A stretch of DNA of 64,000 nt from a virus, in IMG/VR virus record IMGVR_UViG_3300009128_000003, positions 1 to 64,000 of that record; one strand, given 5' to 3'. Below are positions 37,832 through 48,030 of this stretch, piece by piece (positions within the stretch are counted from its first letter, which is position 1; every line of letters starts with the position of its first letter). The position numbers and the translations under genes are program-made. The notes under the pieces were generated by a model that worked only from the letters and a program-made list of their open reading frames with translations, had not been told where the DNA came from and did no database searches.

Positions 37832-39145
37832 TTACTGGATGTTAATCAGCGCATCGTCGATGCCGCCTTGCCGAAGGGCTTCCATCTCGGCATTCCAACT
37901 TGCCTTGGTCTCCGCTATGGCAGCATTGACGGTTGCTTGATCGGCATAGTACTCTGCTGCTTGATCGGCGGTGTAGGTTTTGGTTACGTCATTAAACGTG
38001 ATGGTGCCCCCCCTAAAAACCTCAGTTGCAGCAACAGCCACCGTTGCCTTCGCTGAGTCTTTCTGTTGCTGGTTTACTTTCGGCGGCGGCGAGGCTTCTT
38101 CTGCGACTTCTGCTGCTGCTGCAGCGGGAGCGGTGGGGGGCGGTGTGGCGGCGACCTCTGCTGCTGCGATTGCGGCGGCGGCTTTGGCTTTGGCGGCGGC
38201 GGCATATTTTTTCTTGGCGTTTGCTGCAGCATCGGCAGTCAAAAAAGTGTCGAGATTTAAACTATACGGGAAGTGAGGCATTGCGAATTCTAAGTCTTCG
38301 CTGCCGTCTACCACATCCCATCCCAGCGGGTGCTCGTGCAGCGCTGTGAAATCGAATTGAATTTCGATGGCTTTGGGTAAAATTGTGCCTTTGTTAATTT
38401 CAAAGGATCCTATGGAGGGATCGTGCACACCGTGATCGATTGTTAAATTACTAACTTGCCCCAACACGCCATCGGCGGCATTATTGCTGTTTTTAAGTGT
38501 GTTCATATCGGCAGAATCAGCAAAGGATGTGGCGGCTGCTGCTGGCTCTATCATATTGATGGGAGCCTTAGATAATAGATTCATAATCTTGAGGCGGATA
38601 AGAGGAGATTGAGTGATACTGAGGGCATTTGCTTCGTCTTCGTATGTGGGGTATAGAAACTGGATTAGTTTTTGGAGTCTCGACAAATTCTCGAAACCTT
38701 CACCGACCGTTGCTGCCGGTATCTTTAAGCCCACGCTCACTGTGCGCGTCGTATTTTTAAACATAACAATGGGATCTGGGCGCCCAAAGACGGTTTCTGT
38801 TGCCCACTCGCTTTTATAAGTTTCATTAAACGCTGTTAAAAAGGCTTTAAGGTAAATGCTTTCTTCGCTAGGCACGTGCTGGAACGAGACTGTAAACCCT
38901 GCGTTACCCTTTGCATCGGAACCATCAGGTCCGTAGATGTGCTTATAGGTCTGGGTTTGTAGTTGTCCATCGGATAAGTTGCCTTGGGCTTTTGCCGCGG
39001 CAGCAGCCACCGTCGCTTTACTAAATTTGGCGGCAGTCCCAATAGCTGCGGCATCTTGCGCCAATTGGGCGCCAGTCTTACCGGTCTTAACAAATTGTCC
39101 TAATTTGCCGGCATTAAAGTTTTTGCTGTCATCATTTGTTCCCAT
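37832..39145 (-). CDS. Baseplate tube-initiator-like protein, paralogue A
   Basis: Same motifs as 36788..37804 plus Ala-rich C-terminal extension. Confidence 0.7.
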   Translation of the reverse strand: MGTNDDSKNFNAGKLGQFVKTGKTGAQLAQDAAAIGTAAKFSKATVAAAAAKAQGNLSDGQLQTQTYKHIYGPDGSDAKGNAGFTVSFQHVPSEESIYLKAFLTAFNETYKSEWATETVFGRPDPIVMFKNTTRTVSVGLKIPAATVGEGFENLSRLQKLIQFLYPTYEDEANALSITQSPLIRLKIMNLLSKAPINMIEPAAAATSFADSADMNTLKNSNNAADGVLGQVSNLTIDHGVHDPSIGSFEINKGTILPKAIEIQFDFTALHEHPLGWDVVDGSEDLEFAMPHFPYSLNLDTFLTADAAANAKKKYAAAAKAKAAAAIAAAEVAATPPPTAPAAAAAEVAEEASPPPKVNQQQKDSAKATVAVAATEVFRGGTITFNDVTKTYTADQAAEYYADQATVNAAIAETKASWNAEMEALRQGGIDDALINIQ

Positions 39146-39156
39146 TAAATTTCTCC

Positions 39157-41796
39157 TTACGATTCGTTAAAAATCGCCTCGCGGGCTTCGATTCCCGATT
39201 GTGTCTTGTGTATGCTAATTACCTTCTTCTCCAAAACATTGCTGTCCAATTTAAGATTTACAGTAACTTGCGCGATCTCGGAACTTCGGGCGGGAGCGGC
39301 AGCAGCTGTCGCAGTAGCTGGTGCGTGTGTGCGGTTCATAGCTGCGATGGCAGTTGCTGCCAAATCTGTAGCTTCCATAACCGCCTGAAAGCGGAAAAGG
39401 GCGTACCTTGGCATGTCGTCCATGGCGTCTGCAACGCGCTCGATGACTTCGGCTACTTCGCGGAATTGTCCCAGCTTAAGCTCGGCTAAAGCCTGCGCAA
39501 AATCAGCGACTGACCTGAGTTTTGATTTGCTGATCAGCATCAGTCCGAATGCCATCGCAAAAAAGCCGCCTCCCATGGCAGCGAGCCCTAACGCCCCTAA
39601 AAATAAGAATGGCGCGCCTAACGCAATTGCTGCCATAAATGTACCAACGCCCAGCAGTTTGGGCAAGTCAATGGCTTCAAATAATTTGGCAAAACCACTA
39701 GCCATGAGCCCCACGCCTGCTGCAGCAATGCCGATGGCGCCACCGATCATAAGTATTGTGGTGCCAAAGATCAGCAGTCCCCCAGCAACAGCCGGATTGG
39801 CCACTGCCATGCCAAGCGCCGACAGCGCAGGAGCAAGGAAATACGCACCAACACCAATCGCAACCAAAATCGCGCCCATTCCAGCCATTTGAGCCACATC
39901 GAGCAGCGAAAATGCTGCTGCCATAGCTGCTAGGCTGAGTGCCGCCATTGCTATGCCGGCGCCTACTTGCATAATCGGAAGTGCCAATCTTTGAATAGAA
40001 GCAGCGCCCTGATCACTAACCCTCGAAACAGCAAAGATGGCTGCGGCGAAGCTGAACATCGCCAAAACAAGCTTGGAGGGCGATGCTATCATGAATGCCG
40101 CGACTAGTCCGGCAAGGATGAGCCCTAATGCCCAGAGTCCTATGCTAGTTCGCTTGGAGGCTTTTTTGGCGGCGAGATCGGCAGCCTCGGTGCCGGCGGC
40201 TAGCCCCCACATGGACATTGTTGTAAGCGCATTTGCTGTAGCAACTCCCGCCATCATAACCTTCCATGAAACAAAAGCAGCTATGACCCCCTTTACGAAC
40301 GTTGGGCTCTTTTGAAGCCATGTCATTATCTTACTTAGGCTCTCAACATACGGAAGAATAGACTCGCCCAACTCAAGAAACACTGATTTGAGCTTTTCTT
40401 GAATTTTCATGTTCTCTTGTGCTTTTTCTTTTTGGGCGATTAGCTCGGCGGCTGATTGGTTGGTGGCGGCGCCTAAAGTATCCATGTTGCCAGACAGCAT
40501 AAGTGCCAAATCGCCGACGTCTGAGAGCCCCAAGGACTCCGTATAAAATTGTTTCTGATAGTACGACATGCTGTCGAATGAGAGCCCTGCGTCAAGGATG
40601 GAGTCGCGAATCATGCTAAAGCGTTCGGCTGGATCGGTCGCCATCATGAGATCCATGGCGTTTACGAAGTTTCCGCCGAGAGCGGCGTTAAGTTTTCCGG
40701 CTTGGTCTGCGGCGCCTTCGAACGTATCAAACTTATTGGTGATATTGAGGACCTTTTGCATCTCCATGCCGGTAATCTTTTGAATTCTCGCTAAGTCCTT
40801 GAATGCTCGAACGCCCTGCTCTCCAAATTTCGCCAATGCCGGTCCCATCTTGGCGTATTCTGCCGCCATTTGACCGGGAACGACGCCCAAAGCTTCGGCA
40901 GTTGATTTAAGTTCCAGTGCGGTGCTGCGGGCGCCCATGGCGCTCTGACTAAAATACTTGATGGAGTTCTGGACACCCTGCGCATAGTCTTGCGTGGCAA
41001 TGCCCAGATCGCCCAATACGGTGCCCACTTCAAGGAGTGCGTCTCGTTGACCTTTTTGCATCAGCGTATAGTCGGAGACCTGATTAATTAAGTCAGTCTG
41101 AGCTTTCGAGACCTCTTCTAACGTGGCGCCGTAGATGTTTAACTCGGTATATGTCTCTTCGATGCTCTTGGTATACGACTTGTTTAACTGAGTTGCTTTC
41201 TCGAAGTCTTTGGTGACAGCATCAAAAGAGAAGAGGAGGTCTTTGGTGACATCAATCAACATCCCAATGCCCTTGGAGGCTGCTTTGTCGATACCTTGCG
41301 ATGCTTTAGCCCAAGCTAGCGCGGCTTTTTTGCCTTCTTTGTGGGCTGCTGCCCACTTCAGTGTGTTCTTGTAAACTTTTTTCTGGAGGTCCGTGTAACC
41401 TCCGATTTCTTCGTTGATCTCTTCTTGTATGCCTTTGACTTCTTTTTGTGCCTCGACGATGTTTTTGAGTTCCTCATACGCCTTGAGGTGCTCTTCTTTG
41501 ATCTTTACGCCTTCTTTGAACTCCATCTCCATGAGTTTAAGCTTGGTTTGGTTAATCTCAAGCATCTGGCGTCCCAGCAGCAAATCATTGTCCTGAATAT
41601 CCTTGATTTGCTTTAGTTTGTTATAATATTCTTCGTATTTTATAACGCGGTCATTTAGGGTCTTTAGAGAGTCCTTCTCAACGAGCAGGCGCTCTTTATG
41701 TATCTGACTAATCGCCTCTTCTTTATCGATGCCCTCATCGAGGAGTTTGTTTAATCGTTCTCTCTCGGCAATATTAAATGTGGAATCATCAGCCAT
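39157..41796 (-). CDS. Tape measure protein
   Basis: 879 aa helical, Ala/Gly-rich with hydrophobic C-terminal half; position between chaperone and baseplate genes. Confidence 0.85.
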   Translation of the reverse strand: MADDSTFNIAERERLNKLLDEGIDKEEAISQIHKERLLVEKDSLKTLNDRVIKYEEYYNKLKQIKDIQDNDLLLGRQMLEINQTKLKLMEMEFKEGVKIKEEHLKAYEELKNIVEAQKEVKGIQEEINEEIGGYTDLQKKVYKNTLKWAAAHKEGKKAALAWAKASQGIDKAASKGIGMLIDVTKDLLFSFDAVTKDFEKATQLNKSYTKSIEETYTELNIYGATLEEVSKAQTDLINQVSDYTLMQKGQRDALLEVGTVLGDLGIATQDYAQGVQNSIKYFSQSAMGARSTALELKSTAEALGVVPGQMAAEYAKMGPALAKFGEQGVRAFKDLARIQKITGMEMQKVLNITNKFDTFEGAADQAGKLNAALGGNFVNAMDLMMATDPAERFSMIRDSILDAGLSFDSMSYYQKQFYTESLGLSDVGDLALMLSGNMDTLGAATNQSAAELIAQKEKAQENMKIQEKLKSVFLELGESILPYVESLSKIMTWLQKSPTFVKGVIAAFVSWKVMMAGVATANALTTMSMWGLAAGTEAADLAAKKASKRTSIGLWALGLILAGLVAAFMIASPSKLVLAMFSFAAAIFAVSRVSDQGAASIQRLALPIMQVGAGIAMAALSLAAMAAAFSLLDVAQMAGMGAILVAIGVGAYFLAPALSALGMAVANPAVAGGLLIFGTTILMIGGAIGIAAAGVGLMASGFAKLFEAIDLPKLLGVGTFMAAIALGAPFLFLGALGLAAMGGGFFAMAFGLMLISKSKLRSVADFAQALAELKLGQFREVAEVIERVADAMDDMPRYALFRFQAVMEATDLAATAIAAMNRTHAPATATAAAAPARSSEIAQVTVNLKLDSNVLEKKVISIHKTQSGIEAREAIFNES

Positions 41797-41831
41797 ACAT
41801 TAGGTCTCCAAAATAATTAGTTATATACAAG

Positions 41832-41860
41832 AAAAGTCGAAGATATCGCTATCCTCGACT
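41832..41860 (-). terminator. Rho-independent terminator
   Basis: AGTCGAGGATA-GCGA-TATCTTCGACT then TTTC. Confidence 0.7.
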
Positions 41861-41865
41861 CAATT

Positions 41866-42118
41866 TCATTTATATTTAGATGGTGTTGCTGGCTGATTAT
41901 GGGCTGTCAGCGTCTGGGACCCTCTTTTGCTTCCTTTGGAAGCTTTTTCCATCGCCTCTGCTTCCATCTCCAACTGCTTCACAAGGCGTTTGACAAACCA
42001 TGTCCGCAATCCAAGGGGCAAGTTGTAGGCTTCGGAAAATGACCAACCGCCTGAATATTTTAAGAAGAAAAACTGTTCGTAGACGTTCTCAATGTACTCA
42101 TCGGTCAGGCCAAAAAAA
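41866..42118 (-). CDS. Frameshift-accessed C-terminal extension of tail assembly chaperone
   Basis: FFGLTDEY...GGWSFSEAYNLPLGLRTWF; no convincing SD/start, frame overlaps T7 run of upstream gene. Confidence 0.7.
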
Positions 42119-42955
42119 GTCCGCGGTGAGCGGCACCTCCATTTCCTGATCATGACCACACTCAGCGCACTCGAAATGCTGTGTTAAGTCAACATTGGGT
42201 GCAGCCAAGTTATAAGCTAAGCGCAAATGGCGCGAATCCATCGAAGGGATATTATCAATCAAATATTTAAGCGCATCGGGCGAATCATCGCCGGCAACAC
42301 TCACAAGCATGCAGTGCAACTGCAAGGTGATCGCCTGTTCCGGCTTCTTGCGCTTGCGTGCGTTTTCAAGATGAGCCACCATCTGTTTCTCATCACGACC
42401 GGTCAAAAGGCGAAATGTGACATCCACATCCGCACGCGGCAATCTGGTTGTGAATGTGCCGTTACCGTTATCAGTTAAACCTAATTTCTGAGCGTTTTCG
42501 CCAGTGTAAATGTTAGCCTCGTTTAAATCAAACGTATAGTCTTGCGTAGCGGCGCAGCTAGGACAACCCACTTGAGTTGTATACTCGCTTCCATAACCTG
42601 AGACCCGGGTGGAAATAATAATTGCATTCTTATCTCCGACAAGCAGGTCGTCAGCACTGATCTGCGCATTCATAAGCAAACTTTCGATCACTCGATCTAG
42701 CGCTACTCCCTTCTTAAGGAGAGTGCGAGAAGTAAGCATATCTTCCTCTTTGGCGGTCATTTGCTTGATTTCTATGCTGTCCTCGCCACACAAAGGATGA
42801 CCTTCCGGGTAATACCTTCCCCCTGATGGCAATTCTACAAACTCTGTTGGAACCACGAAGGAGAACCCCGGGTTCGTGTTTTGTTGGAGCGCTTGTGGGG
42901 GGAGTGAGTCAGCCTCCGGCTTTGAATTCCCTAAGCGGTCTTTATTTCTCGACAA
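42098..42955 (-). CDS. Tail/baseplate hub assembly chaperone (T4 gp26-like)
   Basis: VELPS.G..Y, MTAKEED.L, CPSC and CAEC zinc sites, VPLTADFFW. Confidence 0.8.
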   Translation of the reverse strand: MSRNKDRLGNSKPEADSLPPQALQQNTNPGFSFVVPTEFVELPSGGRYYPEGHPLCGEDSIEIKQMTAKEEDMLTSRTLLKKGVALDRVIESLLMNAQISADDLLVGDKNAIIISTRVSGYGSEYTTQVGCPSCAATQDYTFDLNEANIYTGENAQKLGLTDNGNGTFTTRLPRADVDVTFRLLTGRDEKQMVAHLENARKRKKPEQAITLQLHCMLVSVAGDDSPDALKYLIDNIPSMDSRHLRLAYNLAAPNVDLTQHFECAECGHDQEMEVPLTADFFWPDR

Positions 42956-42986
42956 TGTACACCTCGTTGTTTAATTTGTCTATTTG

Positions 42987-43574
42987 TTATACGTTGAAGA
43001 ACTCGGTTCCACCGCCGCCTGCAACAGATGGGTTCTTGGTCACGACACGTGCCCAATCATAGCGCATGGTGACTGAAAGTTCGGTCAAATCGTCGTTGCC
43101 GTACTCTAGGTTGTCGCCGAATTTAACGTCTGTGACGAAGGAGTTCCAAAGCGTCCATGTTTCTAAATCGTTACCTTCGGCGTCCAGTTGACGCACGATA
43201 ACGGTGCCCAAGCCGCTTGCAGCTTTAGCCTTAGAGATACTAGTGAGATCGTCCGGAGAAGCAGGAGGGCTATATCCGGAAAGTTGAATAATGTCTGCCA
43301 ATGTCGCGGTCATATCCGGGTTGGCAGGATCAACCAAAGTCACCGTGACTTCGTTCCAGCTAACATTTCCGGGGTAATAGAATGTATGGTTTAAATATTT
43401 GTGTTCCGCGGCATTAATCGCGAAAGAAGGCTTTGTGACGGTTTTGGCATACCACAACTGGGCGCCTCCCGCGTTGGGATCGTTAATTCCTTGGAATTCT
43501 ACCACAAACCTAAAGTTTCTTTTGGGATCCTTCATGTCCGCGCTTTGACCAAAATTTTCTGACCAGAATGGCAT
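42987..43574 (-). CDS. Tail tube protein (gp19-like)
   Basis: PKR.FRF, KPSF, YPG...W..V.VT, W.L.N.F, L.Y, YDWA; follows sheath. Confidence 0.88.
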   Translation of the reverse strand: MPFWSENFGQSADMKDPKRNFRFVVEFQGINDPNAGGAQLWYAKTVTKPSFAINAAEHKYLNHTFYYPGNVSWNEVTVTLVDPANPDMTATLADIIQLSGYSPPASPDDLTSISKAKAASGLGTVIVRQLDAEGNDLETWTLWNSFVTDVKFGDNLEYGNDDLTELSVTMRYDWARVVTKNPSVAGGGGTEFFNV

Positions 43575-43635
43575 AATTTAATAACTCCTGTTTATATTTT
43601 AATTAGTGTGACGGAGGGAAAACTCCGCTCTTTTA

Positions 43636-46600
43636 TCAATCATCAAATGATGCGCCGGTTGAAGCAACCACAAAGTCAATTGCGATATATTCGATGGCGC
43701 GGGCTGGCTTAATCATGATCTTCGCATACAGGATGTTCTGATCGATTAAGTCGGGGGTGGTGGTGGAAGAATCAAGAATCAGTTTATAATCGGTGATACC
43801 GAACTGAACCTTGACGTTCGCTAAAAACGGCTCGATAAGAGACGTAAATCGGTTCCAAGTAGCTTGGACATTCTGCTCAAAGAGAACTTGGGTAGAGAGA
43901 ATGGAAATCTGCTTCTTAAGGTAGATAACAAGTCGTCTCACATTAATTCTATCGAGTGCTGATGCGCGCTCCTGCAGTGTCTTCTGACCAAAGACCACAA
44001 TACCTGTGTTCGGGAAAGAAGCAATTGGGTTAATACGTGCCTCATACAGAGTGTCTCGTTCCTTAGATACAAGACGCTCAGTGACCGCTGTAACCGGAAT
44101 TCCAGCGGCGCCGTCGGTAAGTCCGCCGCGGTTAAAGCCAGCGGGAGCGAACCAGACATCAGACTTAGCCTGAGAACTCGCCAAAACGCCCATCATTGCC
44201 ACACTTGGTGGAATCCACAGAAGGCGTCCTGTGTTCTCATCGCGGGTCTGGACCCATGGATAGAAGGTTGCACCATAGCTGGTATCGATTCTTCTGTCTC
44301 TCAGGCTTTTTGCTGCGTTCGTTGGCGTTGTGCCAATTCGGGCGCTCTTCGTGGACTTGTATGCTTCGTGAGACGGAATGTACACGTTCGCCAAGTCAAT
44401 AAGACTCATTGCATCGCCGCGTTCTTCGCACACGGTCATCATGTGGCTTGTCAGAGTGTTGTTGGTCAAGCCCGGAGCCGCCAACAGATTCATGTTAATA
44501 TATTCCGGATCGCGCACTGTGTCAACAGCCCTCTTCCACGTGTGGTAGGTATAGCTGTTTGCCTCAGACGAGCCAATGCCTCCGTTATAAAGAGGATCGG
44601 GCTTCGTGATGTCGAACCCATCATAACCACCGTGGAACGGAGCCGTAAATTGGTTATATCCAAGGTTCAGCAGATCTTCCAAAGATCTTCCTGCCGTTGC
44701 GCGAACATAAGAGTAAGCCGCCCCAGCACCACTATCTGGTCCCGAGTATGAACCCGAGGAATAGTAGAATGCTCCAGCAGGTGACGATGAAGTACAGATG
44801 TTAAGCAAGCTAAAGATTTCAGAGAATGCCTGCACTCCCGGATAACCGGAAGGATAACGCACTCCTGAAGATGCCAGATCGTCTACGCTAGAGGTAATCC
44901 AGTAGCGAAGTGTGTCTGCGCAGCTTGGGTCATACTGTGTAGAGTTGGCTGTTCGGGTGTTCTGCCAACCCCAATATGCGGTTGTTGCTGAAGCTAGTCC
45001 ACCATCCGATGCGCTGTTGCGAAGTCGTACTGTGGGGAATGTCAAGGAGCCGGAGAAGTTTCCGAACGCCGTAGCGCCGGTACCGCCGGTGAAAGTGGCG
45101 CCGCCGACCGTAACGTCTGCATCCGACGTTGCAAGGGAGATGCTGTTACCTGCAGTACCCAAGTAGTCCGTACCTGCCGTCAAATTAACATTAGGGCTAG
45201 CATCCACTGCTGTGGCGGTGGCAGCAAAGTGGTTGGCGCTATCATTGATAGCAGCCACAATGGACGCAACAATCAAGGCAATTGAACCTGCGGATCCGTT
45301 ATAATTATTGTCGCCAGATCCGCGCGATCCAGCCGCGGTGAGAAGTTTTCCGCCAATTGTAATATCTGCAACACTTGGAGAAGAAACCACTGTAATGGTT
45401 TGTGTTGCTTGCGCAACTGCGGCTGACGATGCGGCGCCTGAAAGGAAGGTTCGACGGTCGTTGTTAGATGTACTTGTAGAACCCACAGAATTTCCCGGGG
45501 TGGGTCCAGCAGTCACCGAAGTTGCAGTATGTGATGAGCCAACAACGCGTGTCGACCAGCCCATATAACGGCTCGTGGCTGCCTGACCACCGTTCACGGT
45601 ACTATAAGATGCAGCGGGAAGATCTCGCAGCTTCGGCGGTCCATAATAACCGACAGGAAGCAGCTTGGCGTTAGTTGCGCCGTCATCAACATCTGCATTC
45701 ATTTCGATATATACATAGCGAGATTGATTCTCGTAAGTGCCGTATCGTACAAGGCGTTTATTTGTGGTGTCCCAGCTTTCGTATTGATCGCCGATCTTTC
45801 GTGCGACATAGTTAGGAGAAGCCGGATCCAAGCTAAGATTATCGTATCTTTCGACCACCTGTACCGCACCATCGCTATCAGAGATTGCGCGGAGAATAAC
45901 CGAGAACGTTCCGTAATCAGTAAGACTTGAGTTCGAGACCTTAACATTGCTGATAGACACCTTGAGATTCTTTTGGAGCCACTCGCCATGTCCGCGACCC
46001 TTGAGTCGGAACAGTTTGGTTGACAGTTCCTCTTTCCACGCACTATTATCAGCATCTACGTCTTGTCCGACGAACCAGCCTGCAACCGCTTCACGTGATG
46101 CGAATTTCAGATTGCCCGGGTGAGCGTTAACCGCGCCGGATAGGTTGATTGGAAGCAGAACGGCGGCGGCGGGGGCGCTCACTGCGCTGGCGTCGCGAAG
46201 CTCCTGCTCAAAACTCTCTCCAAGCCAGTAAGCTTCGTAAGAAGAAGAGCCCTGAATAACTCCGGGGGTACTGACCAGTTGAGGGTTAGTGTTAAAGCGT
46301 TTGCGCATGAAAGATTGCTTGGTATCATCAAATCCAAACTTGATAAGCTTTTGGTTATAGGGACTTGTGGTGAGAGAAGATGATATAATCATCGTGAATT
46401 CGTTGTTGGTGTCCGCAGCATAAACGAGACCCACGCCTGCCATATCGGTGTCTGTGGAAGTACCCGCGACTGGCACGCACAACGTTCCCGAGAGCATGAG
46501 AGATCCGGACGTATTAACATACCAGACACCAGCTAGAGAGCCGGTTCCCAAGTCAGCACTCTCGGCTGTGTAGTTCGGGAACACCCAGAGACCATATGTG

Positions 46601-47022
46601 CCACCGGAGCCAGTCTGATCAATGTCGCTGACCGTTGCAGTAGAGCGCTGGGCTTGTTCGGTTTGCCAACCCGCTTTGCCGGCTGTGGTAGCGTCCGAGG
46701 CTTGTTGTCCAAGAAGGCGGATATAGGTCAAAGGAGCAACATTTGCGTTCAGGAACGCTTTTGCTGCGAATGTTCCATACATGGGTGACTGGTTGTTGCC
46801 GTCGCGATATACATCGCCGCCGCCCTTACCGGGTACAGTATCTCCGAACATTTCCACGAAATCAGAATATGATTCGACTTTGATTGGCTGCATCGCCAAT
46901 CCCTTGGTTGAGCGACCGATAACTACCGGTCCGATTGTATCCGCGGATTTGGGAATGAAGGAATTATCAATCTCGTTGATAAACACTCCCGGAGATACAA
47001 ATTTGAAACTTTTGACTGACAT
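43636..47022 (-). CDS. Tail sheath protein (gp18-like) with large insertions
   Basis: FVSPGVFINEID, YPWV, WFAPAGFNRG, INPI, GQKTL, DRINVRRL. Confidence 0.95.
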   Translation of the reverse strand: MSVKSFKFVSPGVFINEIDNSFIPKSADTIGPVVIGRSTKGLAMQPIKVESYSDFVEMFGDTVPGKGGGDVYRDGNNQSPMYGTFAAKAFLNANVAPLTYIRLLGQQASDATTAGKAGWQTEQAQRSTATVSDIDQTGSGGTYGLWVFPNYTAESADLGTGSLAGVWYVNTSGSLMLSGTLCVPVAGTSTDTDMAGVGLVYAADTNNEFTMIISSSLTTSPYNQKLIKFGFDDTKQSFMRKRFNTNPQLVSTPGVIQGSSSYEAYWLGESFEQELRDASAVSAPAAAVLLPINLSGAVNAHPGNLKFASREAVAGWFVGQDVDADNSAWKEELSTKLFRLKGRGHGEWLQKNLKVSISNVKVSNSSLTDYGTFSVILRAISDSDGAVQVVERYDNLSLDPASPNYVARKIGDQYESWDTTNKRLVRYGTYENQSRYVYIEMNADVDDGATNAKLLPVGYYGPPKLRDLPAASYSTVNGGQAATSRYMGWSTRVVGSSHTATSVTAGPTPGNSVGSTSTSNNDRRTFLSGAASSAAVAQATQTITVVSSPSVADITIGGKLLTAAGSRGSGDNNYNGSAGSIALIVASIVAAINDSANHFAATATAVDASPNVNLTAGTDYLGTAGNSISLATSDADVTVGGATFTGGTGATAFGNFSGSLTFPTVRLRNSASDGGLASATTAYWGWQNTRTANSTQYDPSCADTLRYWITSSVDDLASSGVRYPSGYPGVQAFSEIFSLLNICTSSSPAGAFYYSSGSYSGPDSGAGAAYSYVRATAGRSLEDLLNLGYNQFTAPFHGGYDGFDITKPDPLYNGGIGSSEANSYTYHTWKRAVDTVRDPEYINMNLLAAPGLTNNTLTSHMMTVCEERGDAMSLIDLANVYIPSHEAYKSTKSARIGTTPTNAAKSLRDRRIDTSYGATFYPWVQTRDENTGRLLWIPPSVAMMGVLASSQAKSDVWFAPAGFNRGGLTDGAAGIPVTAVTERLVSKERDTLYEARINPIASFPNTGIVVFGQKTLQERASALDRINVRRLVIYLKKQISILSTQVLFEQNVQATWNRFTSLIEPFLANVKVQFGITDYKLILDSSTTTPDLIDQNILYAKIMIKPARAIEYIAIDFVVASTGASFDD

Positions 47023-47075
47023 ATTGGGTCCTTCCTCTCTTAAATAATACGTTTAATTGATGTCTCAATCATACT

Positions 47076-47084
47076 TTAAATAGT
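47076..47084 (-). promoter_or_regulatory. Putative late promoter motif ACTATTTAA (tail sheath)
   Basis: Motif copy in intergenic region upstream of sheath. Confidence 0.7.
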
Positions 47085-47151
47085 ATTCCCCAATCCAAAA
47101 GGCTGCGGAACTCCAAAGAAAAATAGCCATTCAGTTCAGGAACTGATTTTG

Positions 47152-48030
47152 TCAGTCTCCAAAGAGTGGAATCGTACCATTAGGCATCACAGTTTCGTTG
47201 GGAAACTGGTATTCAACTGTATTTTCGTCTATCCTTACGATGGGTCGATCATCACTCTCACCTTCCCCAATCAAATACCCCAAAACTCTGATGCTAATCT
47301 CAGAAGTAAACATGCGCATATCTTCCGCAAGGTTGTTCACGTTATTAGAATGCGTGAAGTCTTGCTCGATAAACGCTTCATAGAGGTGCCCATTGCGGCG
47401 CATCACAAAAGAGTTAATCTGTCCTGTGCGCGCAATAAAGGGAGCCAGCATGTCGTTCATTTGTTGTTGGTATTCAGATTTCAGCGTAATCTTATAAGTG
47501 ATGTTGACATAGATCGGGATTGGGATCGACAATGTTTGAATAACTATCTTTCTGTTGACTCTCGGATAATATCTTTGATCTGCCGGGGCGCTTTTTCCAG
47601 TTCTAGTGCCAGCAGCCACCGCAAAGTTGCGTGTCTTATCGGGAACTATTCTTTTCGCCAGAATCATGCGCCCAGAGCGCCCATTCTTGTTCTTGGAGTA
47701 AATGTTGGCTTGAAAACTACCTTTGCGCTGTGGATCTTTAGTGATTGCGGTTCTTTCAACGCTGATAAGGGGCAATTTGAGAGCGCCACCATCGTCTCGC
47801 AATGATTTTTCGTTCTTGATCTGATAGGAGCGCTCCGGTACCTGCCACAGCACCGGGACTTGTGTAAACCCTTCGTTAGTAGAGGTATAAATATCTACGT
47901 CTTTTTTAACCCACGATGTCAGTGCATAATCAATATCCTCAATCCGGGACGCAAGCATACCTATAGACTTGAGTGTCTGATCGCTGGATCCCGTCGGCAT
48001 CATCGCAAAATCAAAGTTATCAGGTAGCAT
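47152..48030 (-). CDS. Tail terminator/sheath stabiliser-like neck protein (gp15-like)
   Basis: LPLISVER, P.P.YV.ITY; position between neck and sheath; start revised to MLPDNF. Confidence 0.65.
   Translation of the reverse strand: MLPDNFDFAMMPTGSSDQTLKSIGMLASRIEDIDYALTSWVKKDVDIYTSTNEGFTQVPVLWQVPERSYQIKNEKSLRDDGGALKLPLISVERTAITKDPQRKGSFQANIYSKNKNGRSGRMILAKRIVPDKTRNFAVAAGTRTGKSAPADQRYYPRVNRKIVIQTLSIPIPIYVNITYKITLKSEYQQQMNDMLAPFIARTGQINSFVMRRNGHLYEAFIEQDFTHSNNVNNLAEDMRMFTSEISIRVLGYLIGEGESDDRPIVRIDENTVEYQFPNETVMPNGTIPLFGD

Noticed and set aside
38080-38235. GCN-rich quasi-repeat
   Set aside because: Explained by an Ala/Pro-rich linker in the encoded protein
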